Source of the DNA: Cycas panzhihuaensis
Lineage: Eukaryota; Plantae; Cycadophyta
DNA length: 64,000 nt
Assembly: GCA_023213395.1 (NCBI GenBank)
Contig: CM041465.1
Span: 205,165,741-205,229,740 of the forward strand
Direction: 5' to 3'
Shown: in pieces, positions 1-12,285 of the stretch
How positions within the stretch are numbered: position 1 is the stretch's first letter
Layout of the letters: every line of letters begins with the position of its first letter
Notes under the pieces: generated by a model
Told to the model about the DNA's origin: nothing
Databases searched by the model: none
Seen by the model: the letters and a program-made list of their open reading frames with translations, nothing else
Made by a program: the position numbers and the translations under genes

Positions 1-271
1 ATGAACCAAAGTATCATATTATTCAAGCTATTGTTTGAGAGTATATATCAATTCTCTAAAAGAAGGTGGTGTCAAAAGACATAAGGGTTATACGCCCTAG
101 AAAATATATAGTTTTGAGGGAGGAGGGAAACCTCCTCAACCTCCAAATTTTAAATAACAATAAAATAATACATAACTTAATTTAAAATTAAACTCACATA
201 AGTTACCATTAATATGTATACACTCATATGTGTCTAAGGTAAGAGTGGGGTGATGAACATTAACCCCAACA
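1..271 (-). repeat. 3' LTR (partial) of copia-derived element copy 1; PPT at 272-285
   Basis: Minus strand reads ATTAAGGAGGAGTT then TGTTGGGG; homologous to LTRs 47870-48259 and 60828-61266. Confidence 0.8.
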
Positions 272-274
272 AAC

Positions 275-986
275 TCCTCCTTAATATTCATCATGGTCAT
301 CTTTCATTTCTCCTTGAACTTGTGGTACATATACTTGAAGAAAACTTTGAAAACTTATGCTTTAGTTAGATAGTCAACATGCTTGCTATAGTTAACAATA
401 ACTTGCCATGTTATCCTTTCAATAAGATGTGTCTTTTCAATATCATGTAGTGAGAGTAGCTTCCAAGTAGGTGTAGTAGAGGTAGCTTGATTTGTATGAA
501 TAGAAATGGCTTTGTCTTGATCTTTATCTTTCACCTGAGTTGAGTTCATGATACATATCATCTTACCACATATGACATTAGGGTCATTATTTTTATTGAA
601 ATCTATATTAGTACAAGAAATATTAGTCTTTTCATCAAATGGTACATGTTTTAACATTTGCCTCATAGGAAAAATATCATCAATGTAATTACTAATATGA
701 AGATCTAAGGAATCTCCCTATAAATCAATTCTAATGTATTCCACACTAATATGGATGTAGTTACTTCTAAAACACTAGAAAATACATTATCATCTATGCT
801 ACAAAATAAAAGAGCTAGGGCTTCATTGTCCCTTTTAAAATCTTCTTTATTGCTTAGTTCATATCTACCATTTATATATTTCCAAAGGTCATTTGAGATA
901 AGATATACTTTCATTATGGTTCTTTATAATTGAAGTTCATTTCCATCAAATATTAGAAAACTAATATTGCTTAGATTCATTGCCAT
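275..986 (-). pseudogene. Copia Gag N-terminus (DUF4219/UBN2-like) fused to RNase H C-terminal tail, decayed
   Basis: MAMNLSNISFLIFDGNELQL*RTIMKVYLISNDLWKYING...KRDNEALALLFCSIDDNVFS is a copia Gag start. The end ...VDYLTKA*VFKVFFKYMYHKFKE resembles the copia ADxLTKAL...F.KF tail. Confidence 0.72.
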
Positions 987-2506
987 TATATAGAGACTGT
1001 AGTACATGATCAATAAATATGGTTTCAATGAATCATTAAGAGAAGTAATACTCAAATGAAAGTATAAAGTAAAACTTTATAAAGTCATAATGATTATAAG
1101 TAAAAGGTGATCAATATACTCTTATTATTTTAATGAACTAAGAGCAAGTGCTAATATACAATTTAATGCTTCTCGATTGATATGTTTTTCTAAGAAAAAT
1201 AAGAGGCCATGTGCCTTTTTTATCGTGACACAATATAACAAGAAACCTTTAATACTTGAATGTCAATTAACTTTCAGAATATTGAATTGAATATTTGAGA
1301 CAAATAAATGAATAATAAAATTTAAAACTAATCTTTTATAAATTTTAAGTTGAGAAAAAAGGACTAAAGCCTTTGATAAAGAATAAAATGACTTCTTGTC
1401 TAATATGTAAGACAAAGATATTAGATTTTAAATACCAAATTGTTCCTTTATGAGAACAAAAACAACTATATGAAACTTATAATTCTTAATCAGAACTATG
1501 CTTAAAGTGATTAAAAATACCAAGAAATTGTTTATATTTATTTGATAATACAAAAAATGAAATAGAATCAAAGTAAATAGTACCTATTTGATGTTTTGTT
1601 GCACTTAGGTTTCTTAAAGCTTAAGGAGTTAAAAATGATATTAGTTGGCTATAAAATAGCTTATAATATATATGAAATGCTAATAATAACTCCAAAAAAT
1701 TGATTGGCAAAAAATAATGCTAAAATATAAATGTTTGAAATGAAGAAATGCTTAGAGAATATTACTAAATAAGTCTATTTAGGGCTAAATTAGAACCTTA
1801 ATATGAGTAGCTTCGAAGTCCTATAAAATGATGTCAAAACACAATAAAACTAATTCCAACATAAAGTTCTTTGAAATACCTTTCTAATGAATCTTACAAT
1901 TCTAAAATTAGAGTTGAAATGATTAAGTTATTATAAAAAATGTGAGCATGCCTCTTTATTACTAATAAAATAAATACTAAAAAAAAGTTGTCATTTTGAT
2001 TAATTAAAACTAAGCTGAAATAGGCTCAAATTTGGTAAGTGATAATACCAAACTAAAGATCTTTGAAATACCATTTTAATAAGACCAGTTTCATTGAAAT
2101 TTGATACTCAAGGGATAAGTTATAATAATAAATGTGATAGGTGCTTTTTAGATAAAAATATAATGAAAAACCTTAATAACATAAATAAACCCCTTTTGAA
2201 AATGGGGACCACGGTTATATAGAGTAATTTGAACCATAATTAGGTCTCTACAAAGGCTGTAGACCTTAAGTAACTTAACATATACTTACCAGCTCTTAAA
2301 GAAAGTCTAAATAAAAAAAAGTATCTTAAAAAAATAATGTACCTCTTAATAAATTTAAAATGATGAGGTCACATAGGACTGAGGAGCTGGGGGCTAATGT
2401 AAAAGGGGGATAAAACCCTTTATAAAACTCTAAAATTTAAAAGATATTAAGAAGAATTAAATTTCCTTAACCTTAACCAACTTTATGATATAAATCAAAT
2501 AAGTTT

Positions 2507-2662
<156 letters not shown>

Positions 2663-3680
2663 GAATTTAAAAACGTTGTGCAACTTCATTAAGGATGAAA
2701 GGAGGATTGCGAGCTTGATAAACATTAAAATTTGATCTAAAAGCTTTGAGCCTATAGAATGATGAGGGGTGCCAGTAGTGGAGTTGCCAATTGACCAAAA
2801 AAATAGAGAAAAAAATGATTTTGACCATGTTTTTGAAGGTATACATGGTGACACTAAGATGCGTCTACGAGGTGGTCTCCTACGTTTAGTAAGATATGAC
2901 TATATAAAACTGAGTTAGGTTATGAGTCAGATCAATTGGTAAGAAAACACCACACAGGGCATCCGTGCACCAGAGCGCGGATTCAGGACCTGCAAATGGC
3001 ACCTAATTGTTTTAGGGTGATCTTGGGAGAGGGACGCAAGGCGAGGCCTTGAGTCATCCCAAAAGGTGAGGCCCTCCTATCCCTTGGATGGCCGGGAAGA
3101 GGAAGAGGGGACCTAAAGGGTTGCATCTTCTCAAGAAAAAGAGAAGGTGATGTGTAGGTGAGTGTACGTAGTATGATATCCTACATGTGGGCTAATCGAA
3201 GAAGTGAGGGATGAGTAACTCACGTTCAAAGAAAACTACCTATATGTAATAAAAGCAACTACAAACAAAAAGACACACAAATGCAAAGATGTATTCCTTT
3301 TCTCTTTTCTGTTTCCTACGTATTTTAGTATGCAAACATATGCATGGAAGAAAAATGCTGTAAGGAAAGACAAAATGGAGAAGAAGAATACCTGGACATG
3401 GAATGCGAATGGAGTGTTGCAACTCTCATTGCTTTATGCACCTTCCCGCTCCAACTTATCGCGTAGGTAAGACTAGCTGGCAATGTTTGCCGCGAGTAGT
3501 TAAGGGGCTATCTTACCTCCCTAAATGTGCAAAAGAAGCAAAGTAAGGTAAAGACAGTGAAAAAGGAACAAGGACATGCAACTAACAAGAGGCCAACCTA
3601 TTAACAAACTTGCCTCATATGTATCTCTGCTACTGCAAAACCTGCCAATTACAACATAAAAGTTTCTCCCTCCTAGAAGA

Positions 3681-3690
3681 GGCGGCACCA
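3681..3690 (-). promoter_or_regulatory. Primer-binding-site-like motif TGGTGCCGCC (decayed TGGCGCCG)
   Basis: Lies 2 nt after the LTR end, at the position typical of a Tat/Athila PBS. Confidence 0.6.
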
Positions 3691-3692
3691 AA

Positions 3693-5394
3693 TATATCTA
3701 CTATATGTATGTATAAATACAAAGGAGCTAAAATCAAATTAAATCAATAACACATTGCACATTACTCTAAAGAACTCCAAACGAGACTCAAGCAAGCATC
3801 AATACCAACCGATACCCAAAGGAAAAGAGTTAGCCTCGGAATGGCTAGCTCACCCACAGAAATCCCTACATGGCCTCGGGGAAAGAAAAGTAAACTATAT
3901 TGACTATACGAAGTAATGAGTAAGAGAGAAGATAAACCAGTGGAATGATGCACAAGTGCAACCAAGGGATGAAGTGCTATGAGTAGCAAATCATTTGGTT
4001 GGGATGGGCTATGGGTCATAAACCAAATGAGAAGGGTTTTGGGGCTTATGTGGTTCCCAAAACCAGCAAATATGGGTCTAAAACCAGCGTGGCAAGGGGA
4101 TGCCAATGCTAGTTCCAAACCCTTGGGGAGAAGGTTAACAAGGGGGACTAACCCCACCTTTCTCCCTTCATGTTTCCTTGTGTCACCCTCTTGCAACCAC
4201 CTTAAAGTGGACCTGCAAGAAAATGAGGTGAAGCACTACAAGATAGGGTGCAAAGAGCTAGTTCTAAAAAGTACAAAGTTAAGAACAATAATATACTTAA
4301 GAACTATTCATAGAAAGTAAGGGAAAAATTATAAATCTTAGAGCAAATACTGAGAAGTACCTTACAGCAGGGAATAGAAGCTTATCCCTGCTGGAAAATA
4401 GGGGAAGAAGCCTGTGTTTGATAGGCTTTAAAGGTTGGCTTGAAGGAGAGGCAATCGTGGGATTACAACTATGGTTTTGGGACGTTAGAGCTTTGCCTTG
4501 GAGAGTTCCTGTGAATACTCCTTTCTCCACCATGTAAACCTACAAGAAGAGGGCTTGAGCTGTTGGAGTTGGGCCTGAGATGTAGTAGGAATCCCTATAG
4601 AAAGGGTAGTAGAGCCAAAGAGCATGTCCTTTTGCAGTCCTATAAAGAGAGCTGTGGTAGTGCAATGAAAAAAATGGAGGAAGAAGAAAGCAAAATGATT
4701 CACTTTTTGGTTTTTATGTTCTACTGATCCTAAGTGAACATTTAGGGTTGCGAGAAAGTCAAAAGGCACAGACGCCACGTGGTAGTTCCACAAAAAGAGT
4801 GGGAACTACTGCACTTGTTTTAAAAAATAATTTCAAACAGTCCTGCAGAATAAACTTCACAAGATTATGACAAATACTACTGCATCGCTAAGTTTGATGA
4901 GTGCACCAGAGGCTAAAATTAGGACAGAATTGGGGCCTAAAGCTAAACAATAGGTATGTTAAGGCTGAGCAGGCTAGGGATTGATGCCAAGGTGATCGAC
5001 AGGTGGTCAGAAGAGAGGGACGGGTCTTAACTGGGGGTCCTATCATACTTAGCGAATCAAAGTATAGGCAGGATACTATCATAGGCAAGACATGATTGAC
5101 TAAGGTGCTCGAGGGGTTGTGGAGATGACGTGGGTGGCTAAGTGCTATATGGGGTGCATGACTCGTTAAAGAGTGCCCCCATGGTGGGTCATCATAGGCT
5201 GAGTGGTATGTGGCAGGCACAAGCAATGTGATCAAGCAAGAAAACAATGCAGTCATGCAGATAATAGGCAAGTATGTGTCAGGAAATACACTGAGAAACC
5301 TCAGTCAAACAAGAGTGAGGATGGGAGCAAGAACATATACCTGAGCTTACTTGAGTCGATGCATCCCAAATCCATTCCCGGTAGCTGAGAAACA
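3693..5394 (-). repeat. LTR (~1.7 kb) of the Tat element
   Basis: Starts TGTTTCTCAGCTACCGGGAATGG right after the PPT (5397-5406). The same start motif recurs at 10737 on the + strand. Confidence 0.75.
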
Positions 5395-5753
5395 CTGCCC
5401 CCTTGGTAGCAGAGCCTCACTGCTCAGGATCGTGGTGTGATGGTGAATGCTAGCAACAAAAAACTGTTAATAGTACATGCGTATATATATAAATATATCA
5501 TGAACAGCACATGGACCAAGGGTGTTGGCGAGTGTCATGGCGGAACGCATGGACAAGGGAGATGGAGATGAAGATAACATAGGGGCTGCCTGTGCGTCAT
5601 CTAAAAGTTGACCTGTAAGTGAAGAAAGCAAATGAAGGGGATGCCCCCATTGCTAAAGTGCAACGAGTAATATAAGGTTGCCTAATAGACTAAACAAGCA
5701 AGTTAGAATAAAGGCGACCAGAGACTTGGGTATGGGCTAGCCAAGCGAGTCCC

Positions 5754-6176
5754 TCAAAGGTGGTCACTAAGAAGAGGAAGGTGACGCCCAAAGATGAGGC
5801 GAACGAGGCCATCTGCCTCAGCATTGAGGTCCCAAGGGATGTCCCAAATGTCAACAGATGAGAAGCAGGCCGGGAGAGATCTAGTAGTGGAAGCGAGGGT
5901 TCTCAAGTGAGGGCATCGCACCTGGTAAACCTGGGTGAGATGAGACACTACAACCTGAGAGTCGTAAAGCAAAACTATAGGTCCGTGATGGAAATAGAGA
6001 GCGTTAGTAAGGGCTTCAATAACGGTCGTGTACTCGACTTCATTATTGGTTGCTTCTAGGAGGAAGATCCTAAAGCACAAGAAGTCGTATCTAGAGGGGT
6101 TGCGAAGGATCCAAGTGGTAGCAGAAGGTCTAAGGTTATCGCGGCTTCCGCTGTCAGTAAAAATGTAGAGGGACAT
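5754..6176 (-). CDS. Archaeal-type RNase H (aRH, RVT_3-like) of the Tat element, downstream of integrase
   Basis: Open frame with YIFTDSGSRDN...ATNNEVEY...YDSQVVVSHL...NAEADGL, matching RNase HI D/E/D/D motifs. Confidence 0.8.
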   Translation of the reverse strand: MSLYIFTDSGSRDNLRPSATTWILRNPSRYDFLCFRIFLLEATNNEVEYTTVIEALTNALYFHHGPIVLLYDSQVVVSHLTQVYQVRCPHLRTLASTTRSLPACFSSVDIWDIPWDLNAEADGLVRLIFGRHLPLLSDHL

Positions 6177-6701
6177 GGGTGAACACAAAATCTTGGTGAT
6201 AATAAACAATAATAGAGCAAAAGAGAGGCTTGAACGGTGAGTAGTAAGTGGCCATGGAGGGTAGGAGGACTTCACAATGAGGCTACCCAAGGATGAGAGC
6301 AAGCAGTCTGACCACCACCTGAGAGCGAGCAGAAAAAGGCACCCTAGAATACCAAAGGTTGCTTTGGGAAGTAAAACATGCTGCCGGATGGGGGGAACAT
6401 TCCCTCTAGAGACCCTTGGAGTAGAAAAGAGCTACAGAAATGAGTCCAGGATGGCAAAACGAGCCAAACGAGTATAAACTCAGGCATGTAGGGGAGTGGC
6501 ACATAAAACAAGGTAGAAGGGCCTTGCGAAAAAATGCAATGATGAGGTGCCATAAATGCACTTGCAGGAACGAGCAAAAAGGGCACCGAAGGAGTGTAAC
6601 GAGAGGCAAAACCAAAAGGCAAAGGTAATCGAGGAAACGAGACAGTCCTAATAGATGTCACAAGAGCAAAAACAGAGGTAGTGCCCATTGGGGGCCCCGC
6701 C

Positions 6702-6708
6702 TATATAA
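6702..6708 (+). promoter_or_regulatory. TATA box of the antisense PMD gene
   Basis: cTATATAAgg about 70 nt upstream of the ATG at 6773. Confidence 0.5.
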
Positions 6709-6772
6709 GGAAATTCAATGGAAAACATATTCATTTTCACCGGCTCTCATGAGAAACTAGAGCCATTTCCTT

Positions 6773-9218
6773 ATGCAGCAGAGTGCTGCCTGACTTCAGA
6801 GGTACACAGAGGGAGATCAGACCATTGGATTGGAGCACGGGAAGAGTCAGTGGGATCATCAGAACGAGATAACGACAGCCAGATCGGATATAGTAAGTGG
6901 ATCCTACAAAACCTATCCCATTTTAAAGCTTTAATTTAAACACTTTTTGTTAATTTTCATGCAGTTTTTGTGCCCCATATGGGCAGATTGTGGCCTCTCA
7001 GAGTCTGAATTAGACCCAAAAAGAGGAGAAACCTGGGCATTAGGGAGCCCTAGTCCCAGTGGGCCCGACATAGTCCACCTAAAGGGATTTTTTTAATTTT
7101 TGGGCCAGAAACCCCCCCCTTTTAGGGGGGGGTGCCATTCGTACTGTGACAAAGATCCTGGGGCCCCAATCATTGTGGGACCCAAGCTAAACTTTGTGGT
7201 ACCATGAAGTTTAGTGCGATACGAAAGCAAACCTACAGAAAAAAGAAGATGTGGGGCCATGAGGTCCTAAATCTCAATCAGACAGAGTTGAGAGATAGCC
7301 AGGAGGATAGAGGACTGACATAAGCTTGACTCTGATTATTTTGTGGTGTTGATAGGCTATTATGCTCAGTTACATAGAGATGATATCTAGAGAGGACAAG
7401 AGGGTCCTGCGGAGGTGTGGCTTGTTTAAGGCCCTAAAGACACCTCAGTTTACAATAGGCCAGAGGTTGTTAGTTGATATTGTATCACACTGGGACAAGA
7501 GGAGGCATGTTTTCCGCCTTCCCCAGGTGGGAGATATGACAGTGACGTCAAGGGATATCTAGTGGATACTAGGAGTACCAGCGACTGGGAGGCCGGTAAC
7601 ACTGGGAGCACTGCCTAGTAATGAGGAAGCACATAGAGAGGCATCAATATTCTTTACAGGGACAGATAGATGGGAGAGGAGAGGAGTCCCTCTCCATACT
7701 ATGGTTATATCTAGGATTCCTTAGGTAAGAAAACTTATCGCATTGTGCATTCTATTCTAGGTTTCTCAGAAACAGAACTATAGGGACATCCCTAGGGGAT
7801 GGATGGATGCAGTGCACCACTGTGAGGCTAGCGAGAGGATGGATTGGGCCACCCTGATAGCAGTGAATCTCATCGCGCAGCTTGACGCTATCAGGATGAT
7901 AGGCAGAGGAGGATTATCCTACAACACATTGCTATAGTACTAGTTTTTTGATCATTTCAGAGTAGTGGCACTAGCAGGGGGACCAGACCCCATTGCAGAG
8001 TAGGCCCCGATGGTCCTGGCAGACTAGGCTGTTGGGGACAGAGGACTAGGCCCATGTCTGGCACTCAGTAGAGGCTACATCACTGGACCTATTCACTATG
8101 ATGGACTATGTAGTAGATTTGTATAGGGTAGTGAGGTGGGATAGTGATGATGAGATATGCAGACTAGGGGTGCTCCCAGGTGATGATGATGACGATGGAG
8201 ATGGGGGAGATGGGGTCAACCCATCACAACCTACAAGAGAGGCAGGTCCATCAGGGACAATAGGAGGAGCAATGGGGCCATCTAGGATTACCGGAGGAGA
8301 GGTAGGCCCATCAGGGGCTGTAGAGGAGAGTAGGGGTTAGTGACGAGGGCTCACAAGCTACGGATCATGAGGAGATCTAGAGAGGTGACAGCTGAGCCAG
8401 TCCTAGTGAGGAGAGAGGCCCAGGCAGAGGTGGTACCTAAGGAGGAGGTACTAGCAGCTGGCAGGGAGCCAGGAGGAGAGGTTATCACATGGGCAGAGGA
8501 GCTGACAGCTATAGCAGGTGAGGCCTAATCATTTCCTGTCATTTGATGGCCAGATAGACAGTTTAATTTGGTTTTATTTTGACATGTAGTTGGATATATA
8601 CTGACATATGGTATGTTGGATTTGTAAGTACCGTAGAGATCAGGTGGTTGGTAGAGGCCATGGTGAGGGAGATGTTCCCTCAGGTGTACGCAGAGGGGCA
8701 ACCGCCCATCTAGGCAGAGGATGCACCTAGATCGGGAGGCGCCCACAGGGTAGCATTTGCCCCCTTGGCGAGGGCGAGGGATATCTAGGCTATGGAGTCC
8801 CAGGAGTATATAGCATTCAGGGGACGGATGCAGCGGAAGCTGGATGAGGCCAGGAGTGAGTAGGACGCGCTGCGAGGTCGCATACAGGCTCTAGAGGCTC
8901 AGGGCAAAGTAGGCAGAGGCACTGAGAGCAGGGTCCAGATAGCAGTGTCAGAGGAGCATCTCTCAGGAGTGGAGAGTGAGAGAGATCATATCTAGGCCTG
9001 ATACGATCAGCTAGTAGACCAGGTGACATCGAGGTCGAGTAGGAGCAGGACGTATACCCACACAGTAGCGACGACCCCGAGACGACCACATGATGAGGAG
9101 AGTGAGGCGGGGAGCTCGCAGAGGTCCAAGAGGAGCCTTGGAGGGATGTGGTCCCCAGGAGAGGGATCACATTGACTAGGAGATGGTGCCCCAGGAGCAG
9201 GGCAGTAATAGAGTAGGA
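6773..9218 (+). pseudogene. Spliced antisense extra ORF with plant mobile domain (PMD, aminotransferase-like) and low-complexity tail
   Basis: LLVDIVSHWDKRRHVFRLPQVGDMTVTSRDI*WILGVPATGRPV matches the PMD motif. Exon 1 (6773-6892) and GTAAGT...TAG intron (6893-7355) join in frame. The 3' end is approximate. Confidence 0.75.
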
Positions 9219-9839
9219 CATATATATTTGATTTTGGCAGGGGAAAGCACGGGTCTCCAGGGGGTCATATATAGAGTCATATGATTGTACCCCCCTACAA
9301 GGACACTGGCTTCCCAAATGTACGATGTAACATATGATTTTGATATATATATATATATATATATATGGACGGGGTAATTGGTACCCTATTTTGATATGAG
9401 ATGATGTATATATGATGTATGGCAGATGACATGTATGTTATAGATGCTTTGTTATATGATGCACATATTTCCTTCCATGCATGGCTATATATCTAATAGG
9501 AGCACACACGTCCACTATGAGTATGGGTGATAGGCACGTGTGGGGTTAGAGATAGAGCGACACGCACATCCATGGGGAGCATAGTAGGATATGCGGAGGA
9601 AATACCAAATGAGAGGGGGAGTAACGATACTCTAGGGCATCGTCCTAACTGGGGGATGCCCAAATAGGAAGACAAGAGTCCTAAAAGGATATGGGCATGC
9701 GGGTTTCACGGAAGGAACCAGAAAGAAACAGAAGAGGCCATCCTAAGTTGTCATTTCACCTGTGGATGGGAGAAATGGGAACAACTTAAGATGGTAGTTT
9801 AGGCTCATTTCAGAGTATGGCGAAGGGATCGCCAGGGAA

Positions 9840-10736
9840 TCATGCAGAAAATTTCTTAAGGAATTTCCCGTTGATGGCCTCCTCAAATTCCAAACCTTCC
9901 AAGGTGACAATCTTATAGGTGCCATTGTCGAGACTCTCGAGAATGATGAAAGGACTAACTTATTTAGGCCCAAATTTAGTCAGACGATCATAGAGATATT
10001 CCAACTTAAGGACATGGTCCCCAGGGCACAAAGGATGAGCATGAAGATGTTTGTCATGAGTCCTTTGTAAGTGGGCTTTCGAAGTGAGATTCACTTGATA
10101 AACCATTAAGCGCCTCTCATCCAGGGCCTCGAGATCTAGGAGATGAGCCTGGCAGATAGACTCCTCATCGATAAGACCTCTAAGGGAGACCCATAGAGAG
10201 GGGATCTCCACTTCCAGTGGGAGTACCGCCTCAGTTCCATAGACTAAGGAAAATGGAGTCATTCCAATAGCTGTACAGATATAAGTGCTATAGGCCTACA
10301 GAGCGAAAGGGAGTTGGAGGTGCCAATCTCTTTGAGATTGTGCAACGGTTTTCTTTAGAATGTTAACGAGGGTTTTGTTGAATGATTTAACTTGCTTGTT
10401 TACTTAGGGGTAATAAGGAGATGAGGTCTTATGCGAAATCTTGAATTTCTCGCAAAGCTCGTCCATCTCCTTGTTACAAAAGGGGGTTCCATTGTCCGTG
10501 ATTAAGACGTCTGGAATCCTGAATTGGCAAATGATGTGCTGCTAGATGAAGGTGGATATCGTCTTACCAGGCGTAGTGGACAAAGGGATTGCCTATGCCC
10601 ATTTGGTAAAATACTCTGTAGCAGTCAAGATGTACTTGTGCTGCACGGAGGAAGGTGGTGATATGGCACCAATGAGGTCTAAACCCCATTAAGAAAAGGG
10701 CCATAGAGATATGATAGGGTGTAAGGCCTCAGAAGG
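9840..10736 (-). pseudogene. Tat-type integrase (core plus GPY/F C-terminus)
   Basis: WPFS*WGLDLIGAISPPSS..HKYILTATEYFTKW; TPFSLVYGTEAVLPLEVEIPSL; INGKFLKKF. Confidence 0.93.
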
Positions 10737-12285
10737 TGTTTCCTAGCTTCCAGGAATGGATACAGAGTGGTCGACTCAGGTAAGTGTAGGTATGCTTTTC
10801 CATTTATCATTGTTTTCTTTTGTGATAAATATATGCTTGCATGATGTGATTTTGTAGATGGCCTTGTTGTCATCTACACCTACCTAGCCTATGATGACTA
10901 TAGTGGGGGCACATTCCCAATAAGTGTGACACCTTGGTGGCCATTTCACTTCTCGCATTCTGCCCTACTCACCTCAAGACCCATTTGGCTCATGTCATCC
11001 TTGCCCGTATGATGACCCGTCATTGTTTGGTCAACTTGTCACGTCCTTTGAGTCCTATTTTCTCTCTTGTGGCTCATTTTCTTACTTATCTGCCTCTAGT
11101 CAGGTGTCCCTACCCCTTACTAGCCTCCTTGGTCATTAGCCCACAGCCCAGGCTAGCTATTTGGGCCAGTTTTGGCCTCTGGTCCTGCACCACCGTAGAT
11201 TTCATGGTACTGCGATATTTACGGTGGTGCGACTGTCTCAATTTATTTTTAAAAATCTGCAATGGCAATTCTCACATTTATTATGGAACTGCCATGTGTC
11301 TTGCGACTTAACTCACTACCAACTGTGCCCTAATCGCTCGCTTAGGGTTGAGGCTAGGTATTTAAGTCTTTCCTAATTAATTTTAGGGATCTTTTTGCTC
11401 ATTTTTAGAAGGATCTCAAGGGAAAATGCCCTGATCTCTACTATTCTCTGTTGCTCCACTGCTATTCCAAGACTTGCTATCATTCTCTAGCGCCCAACTC
11501 TCCTTTGGTATGGCTGTGACATCTTCCCAGCCCCTTGCACACCTTGGAGAGGGCCTCCTTGGAGAGATTCTAGCAATTCCTTGCTCGTGCAGTTATCAAG
11601 CATTCTCAAGTGCAGGTTCTTCCTTCAGCCATATTAGTAAGGGCTCCATACCTACTATTCCACAGTCCTTTTGTAGATTTCTCAGCCTTCTCCCAGCAGT
11701 TTTTGATAGAGGTAAAAGCCTTCCCTCTTCTCTATAGGTATTTGTTAGTTTAGGGTCTTCTCTTATCCAATTTATGCCCAGGTTTGCATGTTATTTCTAG
11801 CTTGTCTTAGCTTGCTCTTTGGAGGTTATTTCTTGTCTTATTTTTGACTATTTTTTCCTGCTGTTAGGGCCTTTTTTCTTGTGTTTCCTACCCAGGATAG
11901 TGGTTAAAAGGGGATACATAAGGTTTGGAACAGAGCTGGGTGGATTTTGCACCACCTTCCATGCTCCTTAAGAGGCTTTTTGCCCTCCAAACCTTCACTT
12001 TTGCCCCATGCTACTCTTGGAAGTGAAGCAAGGGTTTAGTAGGCCATTTGTAGCCACTGAAATCAGTGTTGGCACTTGTTGTAGTGCTGGTTTGAGGGCT
12101 CATACCTTGATCTAGGCAACTCACATAAGCCTCGACTACTTGTCCCTTACTCAACCTCGTTCTTGGCAACTCGGTTTGCTTCCCATAGCACTCCAGTTTG
12201 TTGTAGACCTCTTTGAGCCTCTTTGGACCCTTGTTGCCTCTATTTCTAGCCTTCTTGCATAGCCATACCCTTGCTGCACCAGACT
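10737..12285 (+). mobile_element. 3'-truncated LTR of a related Tat family, inserted in opposite orientation into the integrase
   Basis: TGTTTCCTAGCTTCCAGGAATGG...CGACTCAGGTAAG...CCTATGATGAC...GGGGGCAC matches the reverse complement of 5394-5170. Similarity persists patchily to ~12280. Confidence 0.72.

Larger units (their letters stand above)
2855..10736 (-). mobile_element. Ty3/gypsy Tat/Ogre-type retrotransposon remnant (integrase, 3' extra ORFs, LTR, then PBS and leader)
   Basis: Tat-type integrase, PMD antisense ORF, archaeal-type RNase H, PPT CCAAGGGGGC and a 1.7-kb LTR. Gag/PR/RT are missing. Left boundary approximate. Confidence 0.85.

Noticed and set aside
2859-2880. MRLRGG resembles the ubiquitin C-terminus
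   Set aside because: Only five residues match and there is no upstream ubiquitin similarity.
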